A DNA stretch of 64,000 nt from an uncultured Candidatus Saccharibacteria bacterium (GCA_964474435.1 CAYYSI010000001.1:270835-334834), one strand, 5' to 3'; positions 41,334-51,883 are shown, numbered from the stretch's first letter. Notes: generated by a model from the letters alone, not told the origin. Numbers and translations: made by a program.

Positions 41334-41450
41334 CACGACGAGAAATATCCCACCTACGTGGGATATTTTCGTACGTGTGCCGGCCGGAGCTATGCCTTTA
41401 GGCAAGCGAGGCGGGGTCGCGACATTTTCCGGAGGAAAATAGTTGTGACC
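41331..41450. repeat. Hairpin cluster downstream of tRNA-Lys
   Basis: Long IR 41331-41380; ggtcgcgac-attttcc-gga-ggaaaat-a-gttgtgacc at 41415-41450. Confidence 0.6.
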
Positions 41451-41569
41451 ACAGTACAAGAAAATACACCAAAAAAGCCCTCAAAATAGGACTTTTTTGC
41501 TGCGTTATACATATATTGACAATTATATATTTATATGCTATTATATATACAAATCAAAAAACTACAGTC

Positions 41570-42025
41570 ATGAAAAAAACATTGTTCCTTATCAGCTTTA
41601 TAGGTATTACTACTGCTTTATTTGCACAACGCGATTGGACTCCCTCTACCTGGCCTGGACAAGAGTTTGTGAAAAACGGCTTGCCCAACAACCCAAAACT
41701 TGGAGATCATGATGAAACAACCGGCTTTCTGTTTGAGAACCCTGTTTCAAAAGATAAAAATGGTGTTATCGACTTCCCTATGGCAATCGGCATAAACGTG
41801 ATCCAGCTTAACCTTTGGTTTTATGAATCAGGTGTATGGCGCCAAAAAAATGTACGCCTCCTCAATGCCCCAAAAGATGTTGATGGATGGCTCCGTGCAT
41901 GTGTCAACAGGAAAAGAATTGGCTCTGATGGCAACTATGATATCCCCGTACAACTAAACCTTTCTCGGGATATTGTTCAACAGCAAAATGGTGGATCAGC
42001 CCCAGATTATTACTGCATGTTCTAA
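41570..42025 (+). CDS. Secreted orphan protein
   Basis: Signal peptide MKKTLFLISFIGITTALFA; TTGACA-17-TATTAT promoter at 41516. Confidence 0.7.
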   Translation: MKKTLFLISFIGITTALFAQRDWTPSTWPGQEFVKNGLPNNPKLGDHDETTGFLFENPVSKDKNGVIDFPMAIGINVIQLNLWFYESGVWRQKNVRLLNAPKDVDGWLRACVNRKRIGSDGNYDIPVQLNLSRDIVQQQNGGSAPDYYCMF

Positions 42026-42173
42026 GTAGCTAAAAAGCATTAAATCACAACGCCCTTTCGGTACAACGAAAGGGTGTTTTTTATTGCCCAAATGATTGAC
42101 ATTTATATGATTTAATGCTATAATACATACAAATAAAACGAAACAATTTCTTTAACAAAATAAATCTGAAATT

Positions 42174-43274
42174 ATGACAAGTTTAATCTTTCTTATTTTT
42201 GGGCTAAGCCTATTAATATGGATATTGATCGGTTATTCAAAAAGCCGGCGCCTCAACTTAAAATTAGCAGAATATTTCTGCATCGGAATTGGTGATCGTA
42301 TTCTCATTATCATTGATGGAGACCATGTCCCATGGATATTTAGTGTAGTACCAATACCTCCTGGTTTTAAACATATTTGGCCAAAATTAAAATGGTGGGA
42401 ATGGGTTGACGGAAAAGGTAAAATGAACGAAAAAATCATTAACCATCAAACCGGTAAGGAAGAGGCAAAGTATAAAGAAATCAAAACCTTTCCTAGTGCG
42501 CCCGATGGGTTCATGGGGCAACGAGAAGAATTTGTTCCATCTATTCGGAAGTTTGAACCAACTGGATATAATATCGAGGTTCGTACACTCGATGGATATT
42601 TGGTAAACATTATTCTTCCCCTTGTATACTGTGTCTTTGATCCTTACAAAGTTGTTCGTTATGCGTTATTCAAAATGGTTGGCGAACTCGAAGCCAATAA
42701 TGCAATTCGTACATGGGCAGCCGTTAAAACCGTACAGGAAATCCAGAAAACAAATATCAATGAAGTCTCTGCGATATCTGTAAAAAATCCTGATACCACT
42801 AAGCCGGATATGGATTTAGAAACGTACCTTGATGAAGTTCACTTCAAAAAGCTCGGTTTCGAAATCGACAAAAAAGGACTGGTTATTATCTTGAGCGCTG
42901 AAGCAAAAGAATTCTTTGATTTGGTTAATAAAAATAAAGTTATCCAACAAGAAGGAGAAAATGCTAAGGCAAAATTAGTAGCTCGAACAGAAGAACTGAA
43001 AGTTGAGCTCGCAGAGGAGACACAGGAAACCAATCTATTTGAAGCAAGAATTACTGCTGTTGGAAAAGGTTTTGAAGAAATTGTTGATAAGATTTACAAG
43101 GGAAAAGCTCTTGTTGCCGCTCAACATCCATGGACATTAGTCGAAGTAAAACACGAAGAAGATGAAATTGGAGAAAAACTTGTAGAAGGTTTTCTTTCTA
43201 AAATTCCTAGCGTTGAATCAACCATATTCAAGAAAAAAAACAAAAAGGAGGCTCCGGATGAAGAAACTGCGTAA
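42174..43274 (+). CDS. Divergent SPFH/band-7-like membrane protein
   Basis: N-terminal TM, VRTLDGYLVNIILPLVYCVFDPYKV resembling the SPFH core, C-terminal coiled coil; TTGACA-17-TATAAT promoter. Confidence 0.6.
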   Translation: MTSLIFLIFGLSLLIWILIGYSKSRRLNLKLAEYFCIGIGDRILIIIDGDHVPWIFSVVPIPPGFKHIWPKLKWWEWVDGKGKMNEKIINHQTGKEEAKYKEIKTFPSAPDGFMGQREEFVPSIRKFEPTGYNIEVRTLDGYLVNIILPLVYCVFDPYKVVRYALFKMVGELEANNAIRTWAAVKTVQEIQKTNINEVSAISVKNPDTTKPDMDLETYLDEVHFKKLGFEIDKKGLVIILSAEAKEFFDLVNKNKVIQQEGENAKAKLVARTEELKVELAEETQETNLFEARITAVGKGFEEIVDKIYKGKALVAAQHPWTLVEVKHEEDEIGEKLVEGFLSKIPSVESTIFKKKNKKEAPDEETA

Positions 43275-44205
43275 TTTCAAAAAAGAGTTTTTAATTCAAC
43301 TCTCCAAAGCAAAGCTAGAATGCGATGCAGCCTGGAAGAAAATTAAAAAGATTTCTACACCTTACATTGTGTCTACAAAGGCATGGTATAAAAAACAGAA
43401 CAAGTTTTTGCTCTTACTTTCTGGATTATTTATCACTGCGATAGTGCTTACTTTTGTAGGTATTCGTGGAGTTTATACTGATGTATCAAGTAAAGTTGTA
43501 GATATTTCTTCTGAAAATGAAGAAGAGTCTACAATATTCAACGACGTCATTTTTATCCTTAAAAATCCACGATTCTGGGCAGTACTTATTGTCATCATCG
43601 GTGCATTACTTCTAATGCGATGGGTGTGGCGTAAAAAGGCAACACCAGTAGTAGTTACTTCACCTGAAAAAACAGATGAGGAGAAAAAGGCAGACAAGAA
43701 AAAAGAAGCCTTAAAGCCTATCACTCCAAAATCCTTCTCGTGGCGTATTAAAAATTTCGCTTCGATAGTGTTTATCTGTGCTCTTGCTCTAGGAGGAATC
43801 TTTTGGGCAAATAGCATGGGCATCAATCTCAAGCGAGACTTTAGTTACCACGGACCCGATCCCTATGCACAACGTCCTAAAGTAGAGGCTGCACCAGGTA
43901 TCACCTATAGTAACAATTTACCGTTACAAAAAGGCGTTCCGTTCACAGTGTACTGGAAGAATTCAGCAGGATCATTTGCTCCTGTATTATACGGGACAAT
44001 AACCATTCGGTTTATCAAAGAACATGATCCCACAGATAACTTTGATTTGCGTATCACTCGTACTCCGTACGAATTGCGCACTGAATGGGCTATCAGCGAA
44101 GGAGACCATGAGAATGGTAACTATACAGCTACGCTTTTAAGCGAAAGCACAACTGTAGAATACCGGGAGCAACAAACCGTACCATTGTTACACTTTGCAC
44201 AATAA
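43258..44205 (+). CDS. Orphan membrane protein (3 TM)
   Basis: Overlaps previous gene; GGAGG SD before ATG 43258. Confidence 0.65.
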   Translation: MKKLRNFKKEFLIQLSKAKLECDAAWKKIKKISTPYIVSTKAWYKKQNKFLLLLSGLFITAIVLTFVGIRGVYTDVSSKVVDISSENEEESTIFNDVIFILKNPRFWAVLIVIIGALLLMRWVWRKKATPVVVTSPEKTDEEKKADKKKEALKPITPKSFSWRIKNFASIVFICALALGGIFWANSMGINLKRDFSYHGPDPYAQRPKVEAAPGITYSNNLPLQKGVPFTVYWKNSAGSFAPVLYGTITIRFIKEHDPTDNFDLRITRTPYELRTEWAISEGDHENGNYTATLLSESTTVEYREQQTVPLLHFAQ

Positions 44206-44258
44206 TCAAATAGCGACAAACACAAAGCCAGATCATGATGATCTGGCTTTTTATGTTC

Positions 44259-44594
44259 TTAGTTGGGATATTTGAGTTGTTGGATCGGGGGTGGAGTAAA
44301 TGTTTGTTGTTCGGTAGTGATCGTTGCACCCTGGATACCAAAGGTACGGGTGAGTATAGTGATAATCCCAAAGACCCCAAACATAATCACAAATCCGACG
44401 ACACCCCACAGCATATGCTCTCTCCCCTTTTTGCGGTCTTCTTGGTTGTTGGCACCACGGATGTATTGCATCACACCCCAGAGAAAGACCACGAGCGCAA
44501 TAATAAATGCAAACTCGATAACAGGATTGATGACCTTGGCATTCAGTTTGAACAGCAAATCATCGACAGAGTCAGCGTATGCGATCCACGTCAT
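44259..44594 (-). CDS. VirB2/TrbC-like pilin
   Basis: FLWGVMQYI..G..RKKGREHMLWGVVGFVIM two-helix pilin motif. Confidence 0.75.
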   Translation of the reverse strand: MTWIAYADSVDDLLFKLNAKVINPVIEFAFIIALVVFLWGVMQYIRGANNQEDRKKGREHMLWGVVGFVIMFGVFGIITILTRTFGIQGATITTEQQTFTPPPIQQLKYPN

Positions 44595-44597
44595 AGA

Positions 44598-44975
44598 TTA
44601 GTAACAGACGCTACCGTGAGCAACTGTACCTGGAGGACAAGTCAAATCATACTGTGGAGCTTCATTTGTACCCAAGACATTACCAGCGATACGGATGATA
44701 CCCCAAACTGATACAGCAACAAAGAGACCGATGAGGCCGTTGAGCATGACCTTGCGCTTGTCTGCAAGCTTACCTGGATCCTTTTCTGCGATGTATCGGA
44801 ATACGCCGATGAGGAACCAAAGTGTCATGAGTGCCATGATCACTGTGATCGCGGTGACCAACCAACTTTGTCCGCTACTGATGACTTGGTTAACATAGGT
44901 TGGTCGAAAGTTTTGTGCAAGTGCCAATGTTGGGATAAATGCACTACCGAACGAAATGAGAGCTATTTTTTTCAT
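44598..44975 (-). CDS. VirB2/TrbC-like pilin
   Basis: Signal peptide, FLIGVFRYI..KRKVMLNGLIGLFVAVSVWGII. Confidence 0.75.
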   Translation of the reverse strand: MKKIALISFGSAFIPTLALAQNFRPTYVNQVISSGQSWLVTAITVIMALMTLWFLIGVFRYIAEKDPGKLADKRKVMLNGLIGLFVAVSVWGIIRIAGNVLGTNEAPQYDLTCPPGTVAHGSVCY

Positions 44976-45054
44976 GTTATAAAAATTATATTAATAACCT
45001 GGTAATTATGCTAAACAGGTATCCAAAGTATAGCATATATCACGAGAGCTTTGG

Positions 45055-45843
45055 CTACTTTTTGAGATAGGTGGTTTGAAGCAGTGGTACTGCAGAGCCC
45101 GTACCGAGCGTTGTACTCACAATATTGATGATGCCCCAGAGACTCGTCATCACAAAGAGACCGATGAGACCCGCTACGATGAACTTCTTGCCCTCTTCTT
45201 TCTTGGCGGAGTCTGATGCAGCAATAAACTTGAACACTCCCCAGAGGAAGAACATAAGCGCAAGTGCAAAGATAATCGGGATGATTGCAACAAGGATAAT
45301 ACACTTGACCCAAATCAGGATATCGAGGAGTGAGAGGAACTTGATCGCACTACAGCGCGCAAGCTCGGCTGAGCTTGACTGGGGCGCGGACCCAATGGCG
45401 GTGTTTTGACTACTATCGGTGCCGTTATATATAGTCGTCGCTGGTACCCCGCTACCGAGCGTCCCAGGGGTGTAGTATCCATGATCATATGCATCACATT
45501 TGACCTTGTTTTGTGCGTAGTAGGTGATGCAACACTCTGTATGGTTGAATCCTTGAATATCGTTACACTGCCCTGCTGAGTTTGTCGTGGTTGGAGGAGT
45601 AAGGTCTCCGCCGCCATTTTGATAAAGCGAGCATGCAGCCGCATTAGCATTTTGAGACCCAACACCGCAGCAACCAGGATAATTGCTTGCAGTAACTGGA
45701 GAACACGATGTACCTGTATCTACTACCGTTTCTGGCGCATTATCCCCTCCTCTATTTACTGACTGCTTGCTTTCAGCAAACACCATAGTGCTCACACCTA
45801 TAGAGAGAGTCAGGAGAAATAGTATTGAGAAAATCTTTTTCAT
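45055..45843 (-). CDS. VirB2-like pilin with Cys-rich N-terminal domain
   Basis: Signal peptide, Cys-rich low-complexity region, FLWGVFKFI..KKEEGKKFIVAGLIGLFVMTSLWGII. Confidence 0.75.
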   Translation of the reverse strand: MKKIFSILFLLTLSIGVSTMVFAESKQSVNRGGDNAPETVVDTGTSCSPVTASNYPGCCGVGSQNANAAACSLYQNGGGDLTPPTTTNSAGQCNDIQGFNHTECCITYYAQNKVKCDAYDHGYYTPGTLGSGVPATTIYNGTDSSQNTAIGSAPQSSSAELARCSAIKFLSLLDILIWVKCIILVAIIPIIFALALMFFLWGVFKFIAASDSAKKEEGKKFIVAGLIGLFVMTSLWGIINIVSTTLGTGSAVPLLQTTYLKK

Positions 45844-45846
45844 AGA

Positions 45847-46632
45847 CTAGTTTGTGATAGAGTTAACGGTTCCAATAATAGCATTGGTGATGGTCCAGGC
45901 CCCAAGGATAAGGAGTGTGCCGATGATCGTATACCAAAACATCTGCTTGGCCTCCTTGATCTTTTCTGGTTTTCCTTGTGCAAGAATGAACTTGAGTCCT
46001 GCCCAAAGAAAAAATATGACAATAAACGGGATCGCGATCTTGAGCAGTGTGTCGACGAAAAACTTCACCGCATCCTGGATAGTGTTTACCTTGAGAGGGT
46101 TTTGAAGTCTGACATCGAGCTGAAATCCGCTTGCTTGACCAGAATTGTTGGTCGTAGAGTTAGGATTTTGCTGGGCGGTAAAGACTCCTCCGCCTGTTGT
46201 CTGTGTGCCGGTCGTAGTTGTGGTCGTTGTAGGAGGGTTTTGTGTTGTTGTCGTAGTACCCTTGGTCGTAAAGCTGGTAGTGCCTTCATATTCCTTTGTT
46301 GTCGTAGCATCTTTGGCAGAGATGCGCACAGTATAGGTAGTACCAGGCGTAAGGTTATCTGCATCACAGGGAGCAGATACTATTCCTGACGGAAAATCAA
46401 CGCCGTTACAAAAACTCACCGTGCTCCCACCGTTTTTCAAAATAAAGATGTCTCCTTTTATTGGCACAGGTACAATTGAAGTTGCAACAATGCGCGCAGT
46501 TGTTGTTTGAGGAGTGACAGTGATCGGTTTAAAGGAGTTTGGTTGTACTTGCGCCCCTACCGTACTAAACAGAAAAAGAGAAAGGATCAGTACTGCAGCA
46601 AAAGTGTATTGGAAACGCAATTTCATAGTCAT
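45847..46632 (-). CDS. VirB2-like pilin with Fn3-like domain and Thr-rich linker
   Basis: NLTPGTTYTVRISA, poly-Thr, LQNPL, WAGLKFILAQGKPEKIKEAK. Confidence 0.75.
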   Translation of the reverse strand: MTMKLRFQYTFAAVLILSLFLFSTVGAQVQPNSFKPITVTPQTTTARIVATSIVPVPIKGDIFILKNGGSTVSFCNGVDFPSGIVSAPCDADNLTPGTTYTVRISAKDATTTKEYEGTTSFTTKGTTTTTQNPPTTTTTTTGTQTTGGGVFTAQQNPNSTTNNSGQASGFQLDVRLQNPLKVNTIQDAVKFFVDTLLKIAIPFIVIFFLWAGLKFILAQGKPEKIKEAKQMFWYTIIGTLLILGAWTITNAIIGTVNSITN

Positions 46633-46641
46633 AGTATAGCG

Positions 46642-47277
46642 CTACTCTCCGAGAAACTCTACTCCACTCTTTTTAAAGTCATCATTAAGGAGTGCGTTCA
46701 TGATAGTCCGCACGATGAGCCATGAGCATAAGATAATAATAATACCGAGGACGACATTACCAATTATTTTTTTCAAGTTCGCAATCTTGCTTGGATTACC
46801 TTCGGCAGTAATATATTTGAATCCTGCATACATGAGGATTGTGATAAATATTGGTATAAGGAGCGTTGTTATAAAAAACGTCAACAAGTTGTTAAGGAGT
46901 CGGAATACATCGGTAAAGGTGCACTTGTCCGTACATGGAATGATCGTACTCACCACATCATCACCTTTTTCGGTTGTTGCATTTGGTGAAAAGCAGCTTG
47001 GATCAGGCTCCATATCAATGACCCCATCACCTTTGCCTGTATTGGGATCAATCGTATCAACACCATAATGGTCAGCTTTGTGGTCGCCATTGCCAATGCC
47101 ATATCCATAATTTTTGCCGTCGCCAACCTGATTGTCTTTGCCATCATCACACTCTGTTGCGGCGAGTTGTGTTGTAGCAGGGATTATAGCGGTAGGATTT
47201 ACTTGTGCATCACTGATCATGGGTACAAAAAGTATCATCAGGAGTGAGGCGACAATAATGTGTTTCTTTGTATGCAT
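46642..47277 (-). CDS. VirB2-like pilin with Asp/Gly-rich (Ca-binding-like) N-domain
   Basis: ECDDGKDN..GDG..DPSC, YAGFKYITAEGNPSKIANLK. Confidence 0.75.
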   Translation of the reverse strand: MHTKKHIIVASLLMILFVPMISDAQVNPTAIIPATTQLAATECDDGKDNQVGDGKNYGYGIGNGDHKADHYGVDTIDPNTGKGDGVIDMEPDPSCFSPNATTEKGDDVVSTIIPCTDKCTFTDVFRLLNNLLTFFITTLLIPIFITILMYAGFKYITAEGNPSKIANLKKIIGNVVLGIIIILCSWLIVRTIMNALLNDDFKKSGVEFLGE

Positions 47278-47284
47278 AGTATTA

Positions 47285-48595
47285 TTATCGAGTGATTGAT
47301 TGGAGATCGCGAGTAGTGTCATATATTGCAGTCGTAGCTTCACTTTTACCACTCGTTACTGCCGTAATCATATCACGAAATAGTGACTCACTCTTTGCCG
47401 GATTTGGGTTAGGCCATGCAAATGCCGAGAGGGCTGCTTTGAAAAATACTGAAACATAGGGATTGTTTTGTTGAACCAACAGCAAATCTCGGCGAACTGG
47501 TGGGAGCGAGAGGGACTTTGATAGTCCGTCGATACTTGGACTGCTTGCGATATATGTTGCAGCTGCATATGCGGCAACTGGGTTCGGCGCAGCCTTTAAC
47601 ATACCCACACCGATAAACGAGCCGAATGTTACTGGTCGAGCAGCAGGATCTGTCTGGAATACTTCTGCAACATCAAAGTTGAGGTTTGGATTTCGTGACT
47701 GGATCGTAAAGAGTTCACTCGCACGTCCTATATAAAACGCTGATTTGCCTGACAAAAATTGCTCTATACTCATCGGCAGCGCATTGTTCCATGAATAGTT
47801 TACATTGGTTGGATTTGAAAAACTTGTGAAGTACTCGAGTGCTTGGGCCGTTGGTGGCACTGAGCTTCCTGCTGGAGCATTGCCGAGCATCACTTGATTG
47901 GTATTACTTGCCCCATCATATCCAATGATACTGTTCCCTGTCTGCATAAAGAGTGTCGAGAGAATATCGGTAACATTGTTTACATTTGCCGCAGTACCAA
48001 GGGCGACAGCTGATTGAGTGATGTTGTTTCGTGCATCCCGCTTTGTCAAAATGGGGACTGATTGCTGGAGATTGCTCCATGTCTTTGGTGGAATAACAAA
48101 GCTTGCTTGTGCAAGAATATCCTTGTTGTAATAGACGACAATAGGGTCAACCACGAGCGGCAGTCCTACAATACCTTCCTTGGTCAAAAATATTTGAGAT
48201 CCATCAATGTTCGCGTCACGATAGTCACGCTCACTGTATGCTGCATAGGGTATCACGTAGAGCTTATCTTTAAATTGTGAGAAAATTTCTGAAGAAAAAA
48301 TGACGAGATCAGGGGGGGTTCCGTCTGCGAGAGCAACAATGAGCTCTTGTGGCATCGTATTGGGATCGTGCTCTGAATACGTGATCGTATATCCATTGCC
48401 TCCTATGTTAAAAGTATCTAGATAGCCTTGCATGAGACTCTGTGGAATAACACCCCATACAACGACGGTGCCTTGAGGAGTAGTTGTTGCTGCTTTTTTG
48501 GTGCCGAATGAAATAAGTCCTGAGAACACAAGTACGGCCCCAGCAAATACTACAACAAAAATAATGACGAGAATTGTTTGAAATGATGATTTCAT
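47285..48595 (-). CDS. Extracellular solute-binding protein (sugar SBP family)
   Basis: N-terminal TM, VVWG, PPDL, LPLVVDPIVVYYNKD, PPKTW, FLSGKSA. Confidence 0.85.
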   Translation of the reverse strand: MKSSFQTILVIIFVVVFAGAVLVFSGLISFGTKKAATTTPQGTVVVWGVIPQSLMQGYLDTFNIGGNGYTITYSEHDPNTMPQELIVALADGTPPDLVIFSSEIFSQFKDKLYVIPYAAYSERDYRDANIDGSQIFLTKEGIVGLPLVVDPIVVYYNKDILAQASFVIPPKTWSNLQQSVPILTKRDARNNITQSAVALGTAANVNNVTDILSTLFMQTGNSIIGYDGASNTNQVMLGNAPAGSSVPPTAQALEYFTSFSNPTNVNYSWNNALPMSIEQFLSGKSAFYIGRASELFTIQSRNPNLNFDVAEVFQTDPAARPVTFGSFIGVGMLKAAPNPVAAYAAATYIASSPSIDGLSKSLSLPPVRRDLLLVQQNNPYVSVFFKAALSAFAWPNPNPAKSESLFRDMITAVTSGKSEATTAIYDTTRDLQSITR

Positions 48596-48598
48596 ACG

Positions 48599-49126
48599 TT
48601 ATGGTTTCCTAAAAAGTATAGCATAGTGATGCTCCCCTGCTTCGAGTTTGTCAGTCATGACAGTCAGTCCCATCTTTGCACACAATGCTTCGGCCTGCTC
48701 CTTGCGAAAGACTGACTCAGGTCGAGGCCCCATACCACCGAATGATTCACTCCAATCGACGACCAACATGCGACCGCCCGGCTTTAACACCCGAAGCGCT
48801 TCGTGCATACAGCCTTCTTTGTCCTCAAGTTGAAACAAAATGTTGGACATAATGACAAAGTCCATACTTGCGTCCCCAAGTTTTGATCCCCCATTGATTT
48901 CGATATCTCCCCAGAGTGGATGGAGGTTGCCAATATGCATTTCAGTTGCTTCACGTGTGAGTCGCGCAACAATGTCGCGATGAATTTCTATTGCAAAGAC
49001 ATTGCCTTGTGGCACGAGTGCCGCCGCCGCACGAGAAAGGAATCCTGATCCCGCACCAAAATCAGCAACACTGTCAGTTGATTGTAGATTGCATACGGCG
49101 AGCATCGCGGATGGCTCCATGAACAT
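48599..49126 (-). CDS. Class I SAM-dependent methyltransferase
   Basis: VADFGAGSG, RVLKPGG, VVDW. Confidence 0.88.
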   Translation of the reverse strand: MFMEPSAMLAVCNLQSTDSVADFGAGSGFLSRAAAALVPQGNVFAIEIHRDIVARLTREATEMHIGNLHPLWGDIEINGGSKLGDASMDFVIMSNILFQLEDKEGCMHEALRVLKPGGRMLVVDWSESFGGMGPRPESVFRKEQAEALCAKMGLTVMTDKLEAGEHHYAILFRKP

Positions 49127-49150
49127 GCAATTAGTATAGCAAGTTCTCTC

Positions 49151-49255
49151 GCAAAAACTATTACATTCAATATAAAATAAACGCAGCACATCTCGAGTAC
49201 GCGCTCATCGTGTACTCGGAATGCAAGCTTTTATATTGAATGTAATAGTTTTTGC
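49151..49255 (+). repeat. Hairpin element A (27-bp perfect terminal IR)
   Basis: 49151-49177 is the exact reverse complement of 49229-49255; inner stem cgagtacgcg/cgtgtactcg. Confidence 0.85.
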
Positions 49256-49271
49256 TCGCTTAAATAAAGAA

Positions 49272-49381
49272 AGACAGCACAAACATTCTTTTTGAAAGCT
49301 TGCACTAGTAGTCGCACGCTTGAGTAAAGCCGTGCGACATACTGTGCTGCGTGTATTTCAAAAAGAATGTTTGTGCTGTCT
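49272..49381 (-). repeat. Hairpin element B (26-bp perfect terminal IR)
   Basis: 49272-49297 is the exact reverse complement of 49356-49381; inner stem gtcgcacg/cgtgcgac. Confidence 0.85.
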
Positions 49382-49386
49382 AAAAC

Positions 49387-51852
49387 CTAGAGGCAAGTAA
49401 CCGAAGCAAGTGTATCCCCTGCTCTCAATTTCATAATAGTCACACCTTGTGTTTGGCGTCCTGATGATGGGATGGTTGCAAGGTCTACTCGGATGACCTG
49501 ACCTTTTTTGGACATTGCGACGAGCTCGGTACCATCGTGCACTACCATTGCTGCCATGATTGCACCAGTCTTTGCGGTAACTTTTGCAGTCTTGATGCCT
49601 GAGCCACCACGCTTTTGGACTTTGTATTCTGTGATCTCTGTTTTCTTGCCGATACCATTTGCACCAAGCGTGAGCATGTATGTGCCTTTTTCTTCGGCAA
49701 CGACGTTTGCGCCAACAATACTGTCTCCTTTGCCAAGTTTCATTGCACGCACGCCACCTGCAGTACGTCCCATTTCGCGAATATCTGATTCTTCAAATCG
49801 GATTGATTGTCCAAGGGTTGAACCGAGGATCACACTCTGCCCTTTTTGCACACGAAGCACTGCCTCAAGCTCATCTCCTGCATCCAAACGGATGGCGATG
49901 ATACCGCTGCGTCTGACGTCTTTGAAGCTATCGTACGTCACCTTCTTTGCGGTTCCCTTTTTCGTAATCAAAAAGAGTGATGCTTTTTCTTCTTTTGCTT
50001 TCTTTGGTACTGCAAGGATAGAGGTGACTTGTTCATCTCCTGCGAGTGAGAGGAAGTTCATGATCGATTTACCTTTTGTAGCACGCTTGCCTTCAGGGAT
50101 TTCGTACATCTTGATCTGGTATGCCTTTCCTTTGTTTGTAAAGAAGAGGAGGTCTGAATGAGTATCAGTTGTGAGAAGCATCGTGACAAAGTCTTCTTCT
50201 TTGGTTTCGAGGTCTATCACACCGACACCTCCACGTTTTTGCTGTTTGTATTCACTCGGATCAGTGCGCTTCACATAGCCACCTGCAGTGAGCACGAGTA
50301 CTGATTCTTTTTCAGGAATAAGGTCTTCGTCAGATATCATTTTTGTGCCACCACTCATAACCTTGGTCTTGCGTTCATCACCATATTTATCTTTGATTTC
50401 ACGAAGCTCATCTGCGATCACTTTGAAAATTTTCTTGGTACTTGCAAGCAAACTTTCGAGCTCTGCAATGAGATCCTGCTTTTCTTTGAGTTCATTTTCG
50501 ACTGCCTTGCGTTCAAGTCCTGCAAGTTTCTGAAGGCGCATTTCCAAGATCGCATCTGCTTGGAGATCTGAGAATTTGAATTCCTTGATCAAGTTGAGCT
50601 TTGCAAGAGCAGCATCTTTGGATGCACGAATAATTGAAATGACTTTGTCGATATGATCGAGTGCCTTTTTCAAGCCCAGCAAGATATGTTCACGATCCTT
50701 TGCCTTTTTGAGATCAAATGCAGTGCGTCGGCGCACGACAACTTCACGGTGTGCAATAAATGAAGTAAGAATTGATTTGATTGATAATGTCTCAGGTACA
50801 CCATCAACGAGGGCAACCATGTTGTAGTGAAATGTTTGTTCGAGTTGTGTGTGCTTATATAAATAGTTGAGGACTTTTTGGGGATTGATACCTGTTTTGA
50901 GAGTGATCACAACACGCATATCTGCCGCTGAGTGATCTTCGAGACCTTTGATGCCTTCGAGCTTTTTGTCTTGCACAAGAGATGCGATGGACTCAACAAA
51001 GTTTGACCGCACGACTTGGTATGGCAGCGACGTAACCGTAATGGTATACATACCACTCTTTGTTTCTCCAATCTCTGCCTCACCGCGACAGACAACTCCG
51101 CCACGACCGGTTGCAAATGCGTGTGCGATATCCGCTTTGTTAAAGACAATGCCGCCTGTTGGGAAGTCAGGGCCCTGCACGATCTCTGCGATGTCTTCGT
51201 TACTTGCACCATCGTTCTCGATCATGTAGAGCGCGGCGTCGACGATCTCGCCGAGGTTGTGAGGCGCAATGTTTGATGCCATACCCACTGCAATACCGAG
51301 CGTACCGTTGAGAAGCAAACTTGGGACAGCTGTTGGCATCACTGTTGGTTCGTTGATTGTTGCATCATAGTTGGGACGATAATCAATCGTATCCTTTTCG
51401 ATATCACGAATCATTTCCATTGCGAGCTTGCTCATACGCGCCTCGGTATAACGCATCGCAGCCTGACTATCCCCATCAACCGATCCAAAGTTTCCCTGTC
51501 CTTTGATAAGGGGGTATCTATACGCAAATTCTTGCGCCATCTTTACCATTGCATCATAGACTGACTGGTCGCCGTGCGGGTGGTATTTACCGAGCACGTC
51601 ACCGACAATCAATGCGCTTTTACGAAACTTTGCAGATGCAACAATACCGTTTTTATACATTGAGAATAAAATGCGTCGGTGTACAGGTTTGAGACCATCA
51701 CGCACGTCAGGCAATGCACGATCGGTAATGACCGACATCGCGTAGTCGATGAAGCTCGTACGCATTTCATTTGCAATGTTTACTTGCAACACACTCTGAC
51801 GAGGTGTTAGAGGAGTCTCTGGAGATGTTTCTGGAGGGGTCTTTTTGGCCAT
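49387..51852 (-). CDS. gyrA: DNA gyrase subunit A
   Basis: [29 protein letters not shown], GyrA box QKRGGVG. Confidence 0.97.
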   Translation of the reverse strand: MAKKTPPETSPETPLTPRQSVLQVNIANEMRTSFIDYAMSVITDRALPDVRDGLKPVHRRILFSMYKNGIVASAKFRKSALIVGDVLGKYHPHGDQSVYDAMVKMAQEFAYRYPLIKGQGNFGSVDGDSQAAMRYTEARMSKLAMEMIRDIEKDTIDYRPNYDATINEPTVMPTAVPSLLLNGTLGIAVGMASNIAPHNLGEIVDAALYMIENDGASNEDIAEIVQGPDFPTGGIVFNKADIAHAFATGRGGVVCRGEAEIGETKSGMYTITVTSLPYQVVRSNFVESIASLVQDKKLEGIKGLEDHSAADMRVVITLKTGINPQKVLNYLYKHTQLEQTFHYNMVALVDGVPETLSIKSILTSFIAHREVVVRRRTAFDLKKAKDREHILLGLKKALDHIDKVISIIRASKDAALAKLNLIKEFKFSDLQADAILEMRLQKLAGLERKAVENELKEKQDLIAELESLLASTKKIFKVIADELREIKDKYGDERKTKVMSGGTKMISDEDLIPEKESVLVLTAGGYVKRTDPSEYKQQKRGGVGVIDLETKEEDFVTMLLTTDTHSDLLFFTNKGKAYQIKMYEIPEGKRATKGKSIMNFLSLAGDEQVTSILAVPKKAKEEKASLFLITKKGTAKKVTYDSFKDVRRSGIIAIRLDAGDELEAVLRVQKGQSVILGSTLGQSIRFEESDIREMGRTAGGVRAMKLGKGDSIVGANVVAEEKGTYMLTLGANGIGKKTEITEYKVQKRGGSGIKTAKVTAKTGAIMAAMVVHDGTELVAMSKKGQVIRVDLATIPSSGRQTQGVTIMKLRAGDTLASVTCL

Positions 51853-51883
51853 ACTATCGTGATTTTAGACCTATATTATAGCA

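Noticed and set aside
49151-49381. Twister-sister ribozyme, prompted by UGCAAGC and GCUCA
   Set aside because: UGCAAGC is not closed as a hairpin loop by a stable stem and the junction architecture is missing; cannot be supported without a CM search
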